From: Felis catus
Lineage: Eukaryota
Direction: 5' to 3'
Assembly (NCBI RefSeq): GCF_018350175.1
Contig: NC_058383.1
Coordinates: 4,278,001-4,342,000 of the forward strand
Length of the DNA stretch: 64,000 nucleotides
The position numbers were made by a program, and so were the translations under genes. The notes under the pieces are model-generated. The model saw only the letters and a program-made list of their open reading frames with translations, searched no databases and was not told where the DNA came from. The stretch's first letter is position 1. Every line of letters begins with the position of its first letter. Below, piece by piece: positions 50,774 to 64,000 of the stretch.

Positions 50774-50857
50774 CTGAGAGGAAACCGAAGGCAGACTTAG
50801 CTTCCGGGGTGGCCACGAGGGGGACCCCTCTGCGGGAGGGCCGGGAAGGCCGGCTCA

Positions 50858-51322
<465 letters not shown>

Positions 51323-51631
51323 TCACGCTCGGCAAACCACCAGAGGCAGCCAGGCCAGACTGGGGACATGCAGAAAAGTGCAAAAACACAGCTAAATGTG
51401 CTGGGGATCCCGGGATGGGGATTCACTTCAGACCTACTGTGCACCTACTAAAATACACACTCCAAGACCGCTTGACAACCAGCCTCATTGGCTTTGTCTC
51501 GCGAGCCAGTGTTAGTACCTACACCCACAGCGTTTTATAGCCTCAAACACCTAATCAGAAAGGCAAACACCAGAAAAAGATTCCATCTGGGAAAAAGCAA
51601 ATAGAACCTGCAGAGTTCCAAAGGAGACTCA

Positions 51632-51985
<354 letters not shown>

Positions 51986-52172
51986 CTACGGAGCGAGAGG
52001 AGAGGTCAGCGCGAGCCCGGGGCCATCGACCCCCCCCAACCCCCCCCCCCCCGAGAACCAAGGACAGGGCAGGGCCTCCCCTGCGAAGGGGCCCTCGTGC
52101 CTGGTAGCGCCTGTTCCCGGGAGTGGAGGCCCCACCCCCTCTCCAAGTCAAAAGCCCAGGCTGGAGCCCTAC

Positions 52173-52295
52173 CTGGTGCCGGGGGCGCCCCACGATGGAA
52201 GGGAAGACGGCCCGTGGGGCATCGTCGCCTGCGAAGCCGGCCTTGCACATGCCGGAGCCGTTGTCGACCACGAGCGCAGCAATATCATCATCCAT
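52173..52295 (-). CDS. ACTB: ACTB exon 2 coding part (123 nt); exon begins at 52301
   Basis: [18 protein letters not shown] is the beta-isoform N-terminus (gamma is MEEEIAALVI); total CDS 1128 nt. Confidence 0.99.
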
Positions 52296-52439
52296 GGCGA
52301 ACTGCGGGAAGAGCCTCGCCTGAGTCGGGGGTCGGGTGGGGCCGCCCCCGCCCTGCCCACTTCCGGCGCGCCGCGGCCTCGAGCCGCCAGGGGGCGCCGG
52401 TGCGCGCCCACAACGGGGACAAAGGCAGCTCGGCCGGCA

Positions 52440-52460
52440 GCGTTATTACCATAAAAGGCA
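52440..52460 (-). promoter_or_regulatory. ACTB: ACTB intron 1 CArG enhancer element (CCTTTTATGGTAATAACG)
   Basis: CArG at 52449-52458 with the conserved downstream flank. Confidence 0.9.
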
Positions 52461-53018
52461 AACGCTGGTTGGAGGCGGCCCCGCGGCGCGCGGCAGGAAG
52501 CCAGGCCCCCGCCCCCTCCCCACACCCGGGGCAAGCTCCGCCTCCGCCCCGTTTAAAAAACGCCGGCCGGCCAGGCGCGCGGCGGCCACGCCCGCGGGAG
52601 CCGGCGGCGCGGGGAGGAAGTGCGCGCAGGCGCTCTAGCGCCGCGGCGACCCCACCCCTTCCGGCCGGCCGCGCCGCCCTCACCCTGGCCGCGGCTCCGG
52701 GCCCCGAGCGCGCACGCGCAGCCAGGTCCCCAGCCCCCACCCTGCCGGCGGACCCGCCGCGCCCACCCACCCACCGTGCCGCCAGAGCAAGCAAACCGCC
52801 CGCTGCCGGACAAAGACCCGCGGCCGCCCTGGCCTGGGCCGCAAGCACCCCGGGGGCGCGCGACGTGAGCGCAGCCCCGGCCCGATCGAGGGGCGCGAGA
52901 GCCCCACTGCCCGCGCCCGGCGGCTCTCCCGGAGCGAGGCCGGTGGCCGAGGGGCTCTTCCACCCCGAGAAGGAAGAGGCGCGGGGCCGCCGTGCTCCCG
53001 GCCGGCCCGGGGCCTTAC

Positions 53019-53105
53019 CTGAGAGCGGTGTAAACCGGCGGCGGCGACGGAGGAGCGGCGAGGGCGAGGGGCCTGTGCTCGCGGAGTGGACGCGGTCTCG
53101 GCTGT
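53019..53105 (-). other. ACTB: ACTB non-coding exon 1 (TSS approximate)
   Basis: CCGAGACCGCGTCC...GCGAGCACAG resembles the ACTB 5'UTR; CAG|GTAAGG donor; about 25 nt downstream of TATA. Confidence 0.88.
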
Positions 53106-53127
53106 GGCTGTGCGTCGCGTCGCCGGG

Positions 53128-53196
53128 TTTTATAGGGCGGCGCCGCGGCAGCTCGAGCCATAAAAGGCAACTTTCGGAACGGCGTGCGCTGATTGG
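53128..53196 (-). promoter_or_regulatory. ACTB: ACTB core promoter: TATAAAA (53128-53134), CArG CCTTTTATGG (53158-53167), CCAAT (53192-53196)
   Basis: Motifs present in the canonical beta-actin order and spacing. Confidence 0.95.
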
Positions 53197-54573
53197 CCCC
53201 GCGCCGCTCACTCACCGGCCTCGCCGCACAGTGCAGCATTTTTTTTACCCCCACTCCCCTCCTTTTGCAAAAAAAAAAAAAAAAAAAAGAGGGAGAGAGA
53301 GAGAGAGAGAGAGAGAACGAGCCGGGCTGGGAGAGAGCGAGAGCGAGATTGAGGAAGAGGAGGAGGGAGAGAGTTTTGGCGTTGGCCGCACTTGGGTGCT
53401 GGGCCCATGGGCCGCCGCCCCTCTGGGCAGTGCCTGGGCCGCCCCGCGTGTCCCCCACCCCGGGACCCTCCGGGTGTGGATGTCACATGAGCAGTGAGCG
53501 CCCCGGTGGGCAAGGGTCAGCACGGATGCGAGGGTCCCTGGTTGCTGTGGGTGCATGCTTAAAGAGCAGTTGCAGGGGAAGAATTGGTCAACATTAACTC
53601 AGCTGCCTAGAAAGCCTGGATTGGGGTGAGGGAGTGGGGGCTCTGGCTGGGGGTGCTCAGCATGCTGAGTTAGGGACATTACTACTCAGAGACCTGGGCT
53701 GAGGAGTAGGTATGGCGTGGGGGAGTCAGCGGGCTTGTGGCCACTCACTCGACCAGGCCTCAGAAACAGGACAGGCAGCAAGAGCCAGGGGCTGGAAGTT
53801 CCCGGTGAAGAGGGCTCCAAGCCTCCCCTGCCGCAGGCCTGGACGGAGGTGGGCTCTGTAGAGCAGAGACACTGTTCCCATGGAGCCAGGCTGCTTCTAA
53901 GAGCTGCCTGGTCACACCCAGCCAAGGCCAGGCCAGAGCCGTTAGCCTGTGACCCAGGCAGCTGCTGGCGAGGGCAGGCAGGGGTGCCCGGCACGGCTCT
54001 GGGGCCTGGGGCCCACCATCCATAGTCTGTGTGTCATGTGTAGCCGCAGCTGAACTGCTGTCCTGGACCATCTGGAGGCTGTTGAGCACTGGGGAGGGAC
54101 CCTTAATGCCCCCAAAGATGAGTTAGGTTGAGGGGGGGCGGGGTGGTAGGGACAGTAGGTGAGGACCAGCTGCCCTCAGACAAGACCCTGTTCGTGTCAC
54201 CTTTTCCTGCCCCAGGTCCCTCCACCAAACATTGGGCAAGACCTGGGTGCCCAGAGTGTTCTGGATGGTTCCCTGCTCCGAGAGCAGCCAGTCTGGGCAG
54301 GCAGAGCCTGTACCCAGATGGTGGCCAACAATGATCGGCGTGTGGCAGACGGAGCCAGCGCCCACGGGACCCCAGAGTGGCATCTGGCTCAGCCTAGAGG
54401 ACCGCGTACCTCCTTGGAGGTGGTGACAGGAAGCTGACTTTTCACACGGAAAATGGGAACGGTGGTCTGGGCAGGGGTGCTAGCCTGTAGCCACCGGTCT
54501 CTCTCTCTGGGCACCCTAGGGCGCACACAGTAGGTGGTCCTGAAGCCTGTGTTGAAACCAGTGAACCATTCGT

Positions 54574-54583
54574 CCATATATGG
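54574..54583. promoter_or_regulatory. Distal CArG box CCATATATGG, about 1.47 kb upstream of ACTB
   Basis: Perfect CC(A/T)6GG inside the 12-bp palindrome TCCATATATGGA. Confidence 0.7.
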
Positions 54584-57500
54584 ATGTGGAATCTGTGGCC
54601 AGAGAAGAGGTGGCCTAGTCCTGCCCACTATAGGTGGCTGGTGGCAGGGCACTTTGGAAGTCGTGGAGGCCCCAGCCAGGTGGGAAGGGTGACCGGTACC
54701 CAGCATGCAGCAGAACCATCAGGCTCAGAGCTGTGCCCCCGCATCCCCAGAGAACTGCCACGGGGACTGGCTCCCCTATCACCGCTCCGGGCTTGGGGGA
54801 TGTTCCCAGCCAGTCCACTCCCTGCCTCCCGGGGACTGCCCTGTCCCCGGCCTCATATCTCTCAGTCGTGGGCATCTGGCCAGCCAGTTGCCTTGGGGCC
54901 TGCCAGGCCTGCGTTTCAGGGGCTGGGGAGCAACCCTCTTTCTGCCTGTTGGTGAGGGATGCTTGTGGCCATTCGCCGAGCCCCGAGGGATGCTGGGCAG
55001 GCTGGGACTGGGGCGACAGGGCAAGGGATGGGCAACTCTAGGGTGGTTTCCGGCAGCTATGTGGGGCAAAGAGCAGGCCTTCTCCATAAGCAGGGCCTGT
55101 GCTGTCACCTCACCTCCTCTCCACCAGGGGTGGGCCACGGGGCAGGAACACCAGCCCAACCTGACCTGGGACCGAAACGCTCCCCGCCCCGTGTCTGCAG
55201 CAGCCATTTCCTGATGTTCTCCTACACGTCCTTCAAGGCCCATCGCAGAAGGCCCGTCTTCCCTCTATGGGGGAGCCCTTTAGCATCTGCAACCTACACT
55301 GTCCCTCCCACTTAAGACCACTGCACTCGGCCTCGTCCACGGACCGTGAGCCCTGGCACCCACCTCTTCCGGCCAGACCCTCCCCACGGCCACTGCTGGA
55401 GTATTCTCAGCCTTCCCAAAGGACCCTGGGAAGAAGATGGAGGGTTGAGAGGGGGGCTGGGCCACAAGCCTAGGGGGAGGGGAGGAGAAAAAGAGGAAGT
55501 GAAGCAGGCAGGAGGAAGGGGGAGGAGACCTGCGGGAGAGGAAGTGAACAGGTTCTTCGCTTGGGAACTTTGTCCTTGCAGGGAGTTTTCAGAGCTGTCA
55601 CTGACGGCTGCACAGTCCCCGAGCCTTAGCCTGGCTCAGCCAGTGGGGACGTCACCTGCTTTCTGGTGCTTTTTTTTTTTTTTTCCTCTCTTGTGGTTCC
55701 CCCACCTGGCAAGGCGTCCCAGCAGGGGACATTTACAGCCCTCCTAAAGGACCACTCCCTGGCCCTCTCTAGAGAAATGGCCATGCTGCCAGGTGAGGAC
55801 CCCAACGCCCACTTCTCAGAGGAAGAAAGCAATGTGTAGCTGAGGAGGGATGTGTGGCTTAGGGACTTTGGCTCTGGGAGAGTGGAGACACTGGGCCCAG
55901 AAGGTGATCAGTGAGGGCGAACTGGTGGATGAGGGCATGGGACACTCTAGCAAACACACATCCTTTCTACAGATGAGGAAACTGAGGCGGGACTGCAGTC
56001 CAGCATGAAGGACACTAGGTGCGGGGCCCCTGGGGAGCCTCACGCTGCCCCTCCCTGGTAGATTGTCCTGTGGAGTGTCCCTAGGGACTGGGTCCAAAGG
56101 CTGTTCCAAGGTCTGAATTCTTGGATTCTACCTCCTCCTGGGTGCTTATCTCCTAGGGCCCAAAGAGGACAGCCACCAGCCTTTGGTCACATAACAATTG
56201 GTCCTGAGGCCCCTGTCCTGCTGCCCCTTTCTCCTGCCCTCCTCCCCTGCTCCTAGGGTAGTCTCAAAAGGAGACTGTGGACCTTGGGATTCCTGAGGGA
56301 CTGGGCTTAGGTTTCCTGTGCCCCCTGCCTGACTTTTCCTATGCCTCAGGGCCAGCTCTTTGGGATGCCCCCTCCAGGAAGCCTGCCACGATTGCCTCCT
56401 TCCTCTACCCTATCAACCGTAGCTTTCCTGCTCAGGGGAAAGAAACAACCCAGCCAGGGATCACACAGCTAGGGCACAGCCAGGAGCCAAACCTCCTGCA
56501 TCACAGTGCTCTTGCCTCCAATGCACCAGCACCAACCGGCCAGGCCCTCTTCCAGAGTGGAACAGCACCAGGCACTGTTTTGAGCAACACCCTGAATCAA
56601 GCAGGTGTGATCCCTGAGACAGACCTCAAACGAGAGAGCAAAAGAGAACACGCTCCCTCTGCCACCTACGAAGGAAAGCAGCAGGTCTCCTCAGGGAGGG
56701 GGGAGCTTCTTAAAGGGCAGTCAAGGAGCACCCCCTCGCCGCGCCTCCCCTCCCCCCCAGGTGAGCAGCCAGCTGATGGGGCTCCCATCAGGAGACAGGA
56801 GGGCTGGGCTGGGCCCTGTGTATTCTCCTGGGCAGCAGCCAGGGCCTTGGTCCCCACCCAGGCCTGGCCTCTAGCCAGAGTCTCCTAGGGCCTCAGCCTG
56901 CTCAGGGCTATCCCTGCTCCCCGACAATCATCCCGCCCCCCCCAAGGGGGATCCCCGCCCTGGAGCCGCTGGGAACTTCTGACACTTCTTGGGAGAGTTT
57001 TAAAAAATCCTTAAAAATCACCGCCTCTCTTCCTGTGCCCCAGGGCGCACGACACCCGACAAAGGCCAGGCCCTCCTGGGAAGTTCCCAGCCTTGCTCAC
57101 TTGACTGAATTTGCAGAAACAGAAGGCGAGGTTCCCTGGACTCCCCCACTACACGCACCAGCCAAGGCCCTTCTTCTTGCCCCCGACCTGACCCGCTGCT
57201 GGGAAGGCTTGCTGTCCCCATCCCACAGATGAGAAACCCAGGCGACCCACACAGACCCTGAGTGTTGACAGGGAGCCGGCCCGTGGGAGCCACAGACCCT
57301 TCCAGGCAAACTGGGGAGTGTGGGGAGACTGGGGCGTTCCCACATCCCTCGCAGTTGTCCTGGGAGGGTCTTGAGGCCCACGTGCCCAGAGAGGGAGCTG
57401 GTCTGCCCAAAGCCACCTACAGACCAAGGCGGGCAGCTTTCGGATACCCCGGGGGGTGGGCAACACACCCAGTGGGAGTCACAGGGACAGGAGGTGCCAC

Positions 57501-59219
57501 ACAGACCTTGCACCTTGGGCCTCTGACCCTGGGCTGTGATAAAAGGCAAGGGGCATCTGACACCCAGGGCGTCCGGAGCAGTCAGTGTGCTGGGGTCAGC
57601 CCCGGGGCTGAGCACCCAGGGGTGTGGTCAGTGTTGGGGCTCAACCCCTTCCTGGCCGGGTAGACTTCTCCCTGCTACTCTCCTGTGGGGCCCTGGGGGT
57701 GCTAGAATGGCTGAGGAGCTGGGGGCGGGGAGGGAGGGAAGGAGGGAAGGCCGACCCTCCTGGAGGGCCCAAGGAAGTGAAAGGGGAACGGAGAAGGGGG
57801 AAGGAGGTGCTGGAAAGTGTGGGTGGGCGGGGCCGCTGACTCAGAGGCCAGGCACACTCACCTCAGAGCCAGGCCTGGCCTCCCCAGTCCGTGAGAGTCC
57901 CTGAAGGCCTGCTCTGACCAGAGCGGCACCACACAGAAATCTCGCCTCTCCCCTGCCGGCTGAGCCGGAATCTCCCCATTTCTCAGACTAGCAAACTGAG
58001 GCCAGCGACCACAAGACTTGGCTCTGCAGTTAAGAGCACACTGCTGCCGGACCGCCACACCGCCGGTGGGCAGTGGTAAAGCCAGCCAGGCTCTAAGGCT
58101 GTGCTCAGCCACCCTGCCTGGCCGTGGGGTACAACACGGGGCTCCACGTGGGGCACTCCCCAGCTGTCGCCGCTTCTCCAGCCTTGGGGCCTGGGGCCCA
58201 TCCAAGGGGAAACCTGATCAGTCATGGCCACGTAGCTGCATAACTAGGCCCTGCCCAGCCAGAAATCTCGGCTGCTGCTGGGCTCGCCAGCAACCTGAGC
58301 CGGCTCTGTGTCTGGGCTTCCTGATGTCTCCCAGTGCCTGGCCCTGTGCCAGCTGCTGGGGACCCAGGGGACCCCCTGGCCTGCACTGTCCCCTGGGGAC
58401 GCAGTCCTGACACGATGAGATTGGTCCTGTGCTAGCCCAGAGAAGAGGCGTAGGTCTCGGGCTTGGGTTTTGATGGCTCAGGCAGAGAAGGGGTTTCCCC
58501 CGCAGAGTGGCCTCCGTTGGGGGCCAGGAACAGCGGCCAGGGCTCCCAGTCCCCTCGTTTCCCGGGTCACTAGGGTATCACTTGGGCTATCTCATTAAGT
58601 CAACGCGACTGCTGAGACCCCTGGCGTTGGGGATGACAGTGGAGGGGGTGACACACAGATGTGCCCACAGCGGTGACCCAGAATGCGCAGTGATGGTGCC
58701 TTCTTACCATAGCCGGAGTGAAAAGAGCCCAGAGCAGGTGGGGAACCCCAGGAAGGAGTGTAGCCTCCTCCCTGCTCCATGAGGCCCCCCAGAATGGCCG
58801 GCTCAGCACAATGTCTTCTGGGGACCCCAGTCTTTCCTTCTTGGAACCACTTTCAGGCTTTGCGGTAAGTAAGATCGTGTTCTGTCGCTCACCCATCGGA
58901 TGCCCTTGGAAAGTGACTCAGCATCTCTGGGCCCAGGGTCCGCAAGACCACATGTGGATGGCATTGTCTGGGTGGGCCTTTCAGCAGCTTGTCACGGACA
59001 TCCTTGAAGCCGGCCACCACCCAGCTCCTTAACAAAAGAGAAACCAAGGCCCAAAGACGGACAGAGGCTGGCCCAGCGTCACACAGTGTATGTGGCAAGT
59101 CAGAGCCCAGGCCTGGAAGGCTGGAGGTGTGCACTTTGTGTGCCGCTGGGAGGGCTAAGCGGGTCTGTTGTGAAGGCTACAGGACCCTGCTCCCCTTGGC
59201 TAAGAGGGATGACAGCTCT

Positions 59220-59353
59220 GGGGCACCCGGGTGGCTCAGTCAGTTGGGCATCCAACGCTTGATTTGGATTCAGGTCGTGATCTAACGGTTCGTGAGTTCA
59301 AACCCCGTGTCGGGCTCTGTGCTGACAGCTCAGAGCCTGGAGCCTGCTTCGGA

Positions 59354-59400
<47 letters not shown>

Positions 59401-59513
59401 TGGTGTGTCTGCCCCTCCCTTGCTTGTACTCTCTCCGTTCTCTGTCTCTCTCTCAAAAATAAATAAATATTAAAAAATCAAAAAGAAAGAAATAAAAAGA
59501 AACAAAAAAGAAA
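59220..59513 (+). mobile_element. Can-SINE containing an internal (TG)n expansion (59357-59398)
   Basis: SINE head and tail; GATTCTGTGT core expanded to about 21 TG units. Confidence 0.9.
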
Positions 59514-59850
59514 CAGTGACAAGTGTCCAGTGCTCCTATCGACGTGGCTAAGTCAGTTGTGTGTCGGTGGCCTTGGGCAAGTTGTTCTCATCACATGAGC
59601 TGCAGGGAGGGAACAGAAACGCTGGGCCTGCCCAGAGTGAGTACAGGGTGGCCACACCATGGTGACCTTGGGCCGGGCATATTGTGTCTCTGTGGCCTGA
59701 AGGCCGTAACACCTCTTCTTCCCAGGCTTGAGGGCTCCAGGCAGGGGAGGGGCCGCCAGCCCTCCCTTGGTTCTCTCCCTGCTGGGCCAGCTCCGGGGAG
59801 GTGAGGAAGGGAATTGCTGGGAAAGACCCTTGACCCTGCCCCCTGCCCTG

Positions 59851-59852
<2 letters not shown>

Positions 59853-59896
<44 letters not shown>
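59853..59896 (+). repeat. (TG)n microsatellite
   Basis: About 22 perfect units. Confidence 0.95.
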
Positions 59897-59901
<5 letters not shown>

Positions 59902-60139
59902 ATGTCAGCCCACAAGCCAAATCCAGGTCTCTCCCTGGTCCCTAGGCTTGTCACACACAGAGCAGGACCCTGGAGGGCTGGGTGGTGGGGAGGAGGAAGC
60001 TGGGGACTACCACCTTCTCCTTGATGTCCTTTTGGATTGTTTTTCCACCAGAGAATACTGGCATGGCCTTCGGGCAAGGAGGGGAGAGGGAAGGGGGTGG
60101 GGGAGTGAGCAAAAGACCCTAAAGAACTTGAAACAAGAA

Positions 60140-61050
60140 GCCAGCCAAATCTCCAAATCACCAGCAAAGATACAAAAACATGCTCAGGGCGCCTGGGTGG
60201 TTCCGTGTGTTAAGCACTTGACTTTGGCTCAAGTCAAGATATCAGGGTTCAGAGCCCCCGGCTGGGCTCTGTGCTAATAGCTCAGAGCCTGGAGCCTGCT
60301 TCACATTGTGTGTCTCCCCTTCTCTCTCTGCCCCTCCCCTGCTCATGCTCTGTCTCTCTCAAAAATAAATAAGTGTTAAAAAATTGAAAAAAAAAAAAAG
60401 ATGCTTAACATCATGGGTCGACGGGAAATGCAAATTAAAACCACACGGAGGCAGCCTCCTACCCCCAACGGGGGAAATGAGAAGGACTGGCAATCCAGGG
60501 GTTCCTGGGGATGAGCCGCCCTCAGTCCGCGCTGGGATTTCGACAACCGCTTTGGGAAACTTTGAGAATGTGCTTAAAATATCACCCGGCGATTCCTCTC
60601 CTAGGTATTTATCCACAAAAAACGAGGTCACGTGTCCAGCAAAAGACACCTGCGGACACGTCCCTACAGACTCACATGTGATGTGTATGCACATAACGTA
60701 CATTTGTCAAAGTCCCAAATGTACATCGGCAATGGCACAGGAAAACAAGGTGTGGTGCACTCCCGCACTGGCGTAAACTCCTGTCCTGCTCAACACCGGA
60801 AACCTCCAGAACGTCCTGATGAACAAAAGAAGCCAGACCCAAGCAAGAGTGGATTCCGTGTGATTTGGTGTTCGCAGAGTTTAAGCACAGGGGTGTGAAT
60901 CTGTGCTGAAGTCAGGAGGCTGGCTTGCCCTCTGGGGAACTAGTGACTGAAAAGGGCCCGAGGGAGCTTCTGGGAGTCACAAATGTCTAGATCTGGGTGC
61001 CGGGCCGGGTATTCGGTTTGTGGCAATTCATGCAGGTGTCCACTAAGAAT
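60140..61050 (+). mobile_element. Old L1 3' fragment with an inserted Can-SINE (60187-60399)
   Basis: GGGAAATGCAAATTAAAACCACA and TTCCTCTCCTAGGTATTTATCCA motifs; near-TSD AAAAA(C/G)ATGCT. Confidence 0.75.
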
Positions 61051-61109
61051 GTGTGCGCTTTCCTAAGATGGCTCACCCCTGCCAGCTTCATCTCACACTC
61101 CGGGCACTC

Positions 61110-61690
61110 GGAGCACTAAACTCCTGCCTGCCTCAGGGCCTTTGCACGTGATGTTCTGTCTGTCATGGACCCTTCTCCTCCTGCACCCTCTTTTTGCCTC
61201 TTTAAATTCTGCTTATCCTTTTTTTTTTTTTTTAAAGTTTCTTTATTTTGAGAGAGACACAGCATGAGTGGGAAAGGGGCAGAGAAAGGGAGAGAGGGAG
61301 AATCCCAAGCAGGCCCTGCACTGTCAGTGAAGAGCCCGACATAGGGCTTGAACTCACAACCCGTGAGATTATGACCTGAGCCAAAGTTAAGAGTTGGATG
61401 CTTAACCCATTGAGCCACCCAGGTGTCCCTGCTTATCCTTTAAGGCTCAGTGTAAAGATCACCTCTTCTAGGAAGTCCTCCCTGATCTCTAGACAAGGGC
61501 AGGGCTCCTGCACCTCCTACATTTCTTTGTCATGCTCATCACCACTGATGATTCAGTGCATCTGTGTGATGACAGGTTTACTTTCTCCTTCCAGGCTCCA
61601 AAGGCAGGGACCAGGTCTGTTTTGGTCACTGCAGGATTCTCAGTTCATGATGTGTGGTTAGTGAAGTTTTCAGTTTCCGTCTGCAGATGG
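61110..61690 (-). mobile_element. L2 3' fragment with an inserted Can-SINE (61218-61429 -)
   Basis: CCTCAGGGCCTTTGCAC and TCACCTCTTCTAGGAAGTCCTCCCTGA L2 motifs; TSD TGCTTATCCTTT. Confidence 0.7.
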
Positions 61691-63341
61691 AAGGAAGGAA
61701 GGAAAAAAGGAAGGAAGGGAGGAAGGGAGGGACCCAGTTGTCTCCAGAAGGGACAGAGGACTGGATGTGTTGTCTCTTGAGGGTGTGAGCATCCTGTCCC
61801 AGGAGGGTGTGGGCACAGCCCTGGCAGGCGTGATGTCCCAGGACTGCCAAAGCTGATGAGGAATAGGCTTAGGGAGGAGGGGCTGGGCCACCTTAGGGCT
61901 CACACTTTCCAGAGGATGTCGGGCCGGAGGGGGGGTGTCACAGGAAGTCCTCAGGTCTCCGGGCTGTAGCTGACTCACCCAGCCTCTGACAACAGTCAAA
62001 AGTCAGACTCCAGCCTTGTTCTCCAGGGATCCCCAGGGGAGACCACCGTCTGACATCCTGAATGTGTGAGGGGCTGACCTGGAGGTGAGTCTGGCAAGGC
62101 TGTCTGGCAGAGAGGTCTTTGTGGCTGGGCCTTGAAGTCTGAGTAGGAGACAATCTGGGGAGGTCTTGATACAAGGGTACGTTGGGGGGACTGGAAGCCT
62201 CCCATGTGGCTGGCACTTTGGAAACGGAGTCTGTAGAAACCTCAGTGGGGAGATCCCTTCTGGCCGACACCCAGTAGAGCACCTGGAGGCTCCCAACTGA
62301 GAAAGAGCCCAGTTGAAGCGGGTGCCGTTAGGCTGGGCATGAGCTGGGGGGGAACCCACGTAGCACCGCCTTCCTCTCTATGCCCTGTTCCTCCCAGAAC
62401 ACGACTTGGGGGAAAGGAGGTCAGAGCAGGCTGTCAGTTCTTACCCCTTGGGAGAAACGTACTGGGCCTTGAATTCAGGTTCCGTTGTACAGATGGGGAA
62501 ACTGAGGTGGCCATGGACGGAGCCTAAGCTCACATACCTGGGTTAAGCTTGGATTCGGGAGCCCACAAGGGCAAGAGACAGGCTCTCCTGGGGGTTGGGT
62601 GACCCACAAACACGAAGACCGGCCACGCTGTAGGGCCCAGCCCTGGCGGGGCGGGAGCGGGGGGGTGCCCCGGGAGACCCGCCAAAGAACTTGTTGGAAA
62701 CTGGGGAACTAGAACCTGAATCAGGCCTCCCAGGTGACAGCTGCAGGGCCTCTATGCTTCCTCTCCCTCGCGCTGGCCTCATCCGCCCCAGCCCCGGCAA
62801 GAAGGAAGGCAAGCGGCAGGGGCCACACAGCCAGAACGTGTAGCATTGGAACTCAGCCAGGAGGTGGGAAAACGCTTCCTAAGCTGGAGATCACTGACAC
62901 CCGCAACGTGCAGCGACCCCGGCAGGTGTGCTTCAGAGCAGGAGCCTAAACTTGGGCGCCGGGACTTTGTCCTGCAAAGTCCTCCTGGGCGGCTACAGAG
63001 GGTGTAGGAGCAGGAGGGGGGCAGGGCCAAACCTGATGCTTCAGCAGAAAGTTCTACATAGTTTGTACTAGAAATACCAGAGTTATCGCTTCTTGGCCTT
63101 TTAGCTAAGATCAGGTGTAGCCATGCTGAGGTTATAGGCACAATTGTAACGATAGGAATGACAATGGTGACCTGTGTGTCTCTGATGCTCTTTGACTTTT
63201 CTGACGCTCTACATCTTTGTTTCGTCCCCACGGGCAGGGCAGCCATCATTAACTGTTTCATAGTTGCTGGTGAGGAAGCTCACAGTCGAGGTTGGGGGCC
63301 TGCCTACAGGATGCACAGGTCCCTCAGGGGTGTGCGAGGCC

Positions 63342-63443
63342 GTGCTCACCTGGAAGAGGTGCTCCCGGGAATAGGTGCTCCCAGGAATAGGTTGCTCCCC
63401 CAGAATAGATGCTCCCCCCCCAGAAGAGGTGCTCCCCTGGATG
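63342..63443 (+). repeat. Degenerate minisatellite, 16-20 bp unit, about 6 copies
   Basis: Units of GTGCTCCC(C)nRGAAWAG. Confidence 0.8.
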
Positions 63444-63734
63444 AAGTGGGGTGATGAGCCCCTAGTTGGGACGACTGTGCCTTCACAACCAGATGCTCTT
63501 CCTGAGCCCCTGGCGGCCGGCCCTGTCCTCCTCACTCCCCATCAGATGCTCCTGGAGGCAGAGGCCTTGATGGTTCCCCAAACCCTGGTGAGGCTCAGAG
63601 GGGTTGAGGGGACATGCCCAAGGTCACATTCAGTTAGGGAAAGATGGTGAGATGGGCATGTCTTCCTTCTCCATGACCCTGGGCAAGTCACTTTACCTGG
63701 AAGGGTCTCAATCTCACTGTCAGAATAGGGGTGA

Positions 63735-64000
63735 GGGCGCCTGGTGGGGCTCAGTCGGTTGAGCGTCTGACTTCACCTCAGGTCTGTGAGTTCGAGCCCC
63801 ACATCGGGCTTTGGGCTGACAGCTCAGAGCCTGGAGCCTGCTTCAGATTCTGTGTCTCCCTCTCTCTCTGCCCCTCCCCCACTCATGCTCTGCCTCTCTC
63901 TCTCTCTCTCTCTCAAAAATATACAAACAATGGGGCGCCTGGGTGGCGCAGTCGGTTAAGCGTCCGGCTTCAGCCAGGTCACGATCTCGCGGTCCGTGAG
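63735..64000 (+). mobile_element. Can-SINE (63735-63928) followed by a SINEC_Fc-type head running off the window (63932-64000)
   Basis: SINE heads, (CT)n, A-rich tail. Confidence 0.9.

Larger units (their letters stand above)
52000..53540. promoter_or_regulatory. ACTB CpG island
   Basis: Very high GC and CpG density over promoter, exon 1 and intron 1. Confidence 0.9.

Noticed and set aside
63342..63443. CRISPR-like array
   Set aside because: Mammalian DNA; units abut with no unique spacers

Overview
Mammalian genomic DNA from a felid (many Can-SINEs, including young SINEC_Fc-type copies). The window holds two intact minus-strand genes in the same order as human 7p22. ACTB (cytoplasmic beta-actin) has 6 exons, CDS 50328-52295, 375 aa, with TATA, CCAAT, three CArG boxes, the 3'UTR zipcode and AATAAA. 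FBXL18 has 5 coding exons, CDS 2988-42986, 717 aa, and a CpG-island promoter. A diverged mir-589 homologue lies in FBXL18 intron 3. The rest is GC-rich intronic or intergenic DNA with over 40 SINEs, L1/L2/MIR relics, two MLT1 LTRs, an ERV1-like LTR with a tRNA-Pro PBS remnant, Tigger1 and MER3 fragments and microsatellites. Almost all ORFs in the supplied track are spurious GC-rich frames. I found no evidence of a new biological system; the findings are modest regulatory or evolutionary observations. Repeat family names and human comparisons are from memory, not from a search, and repeat boundaries are approximate.
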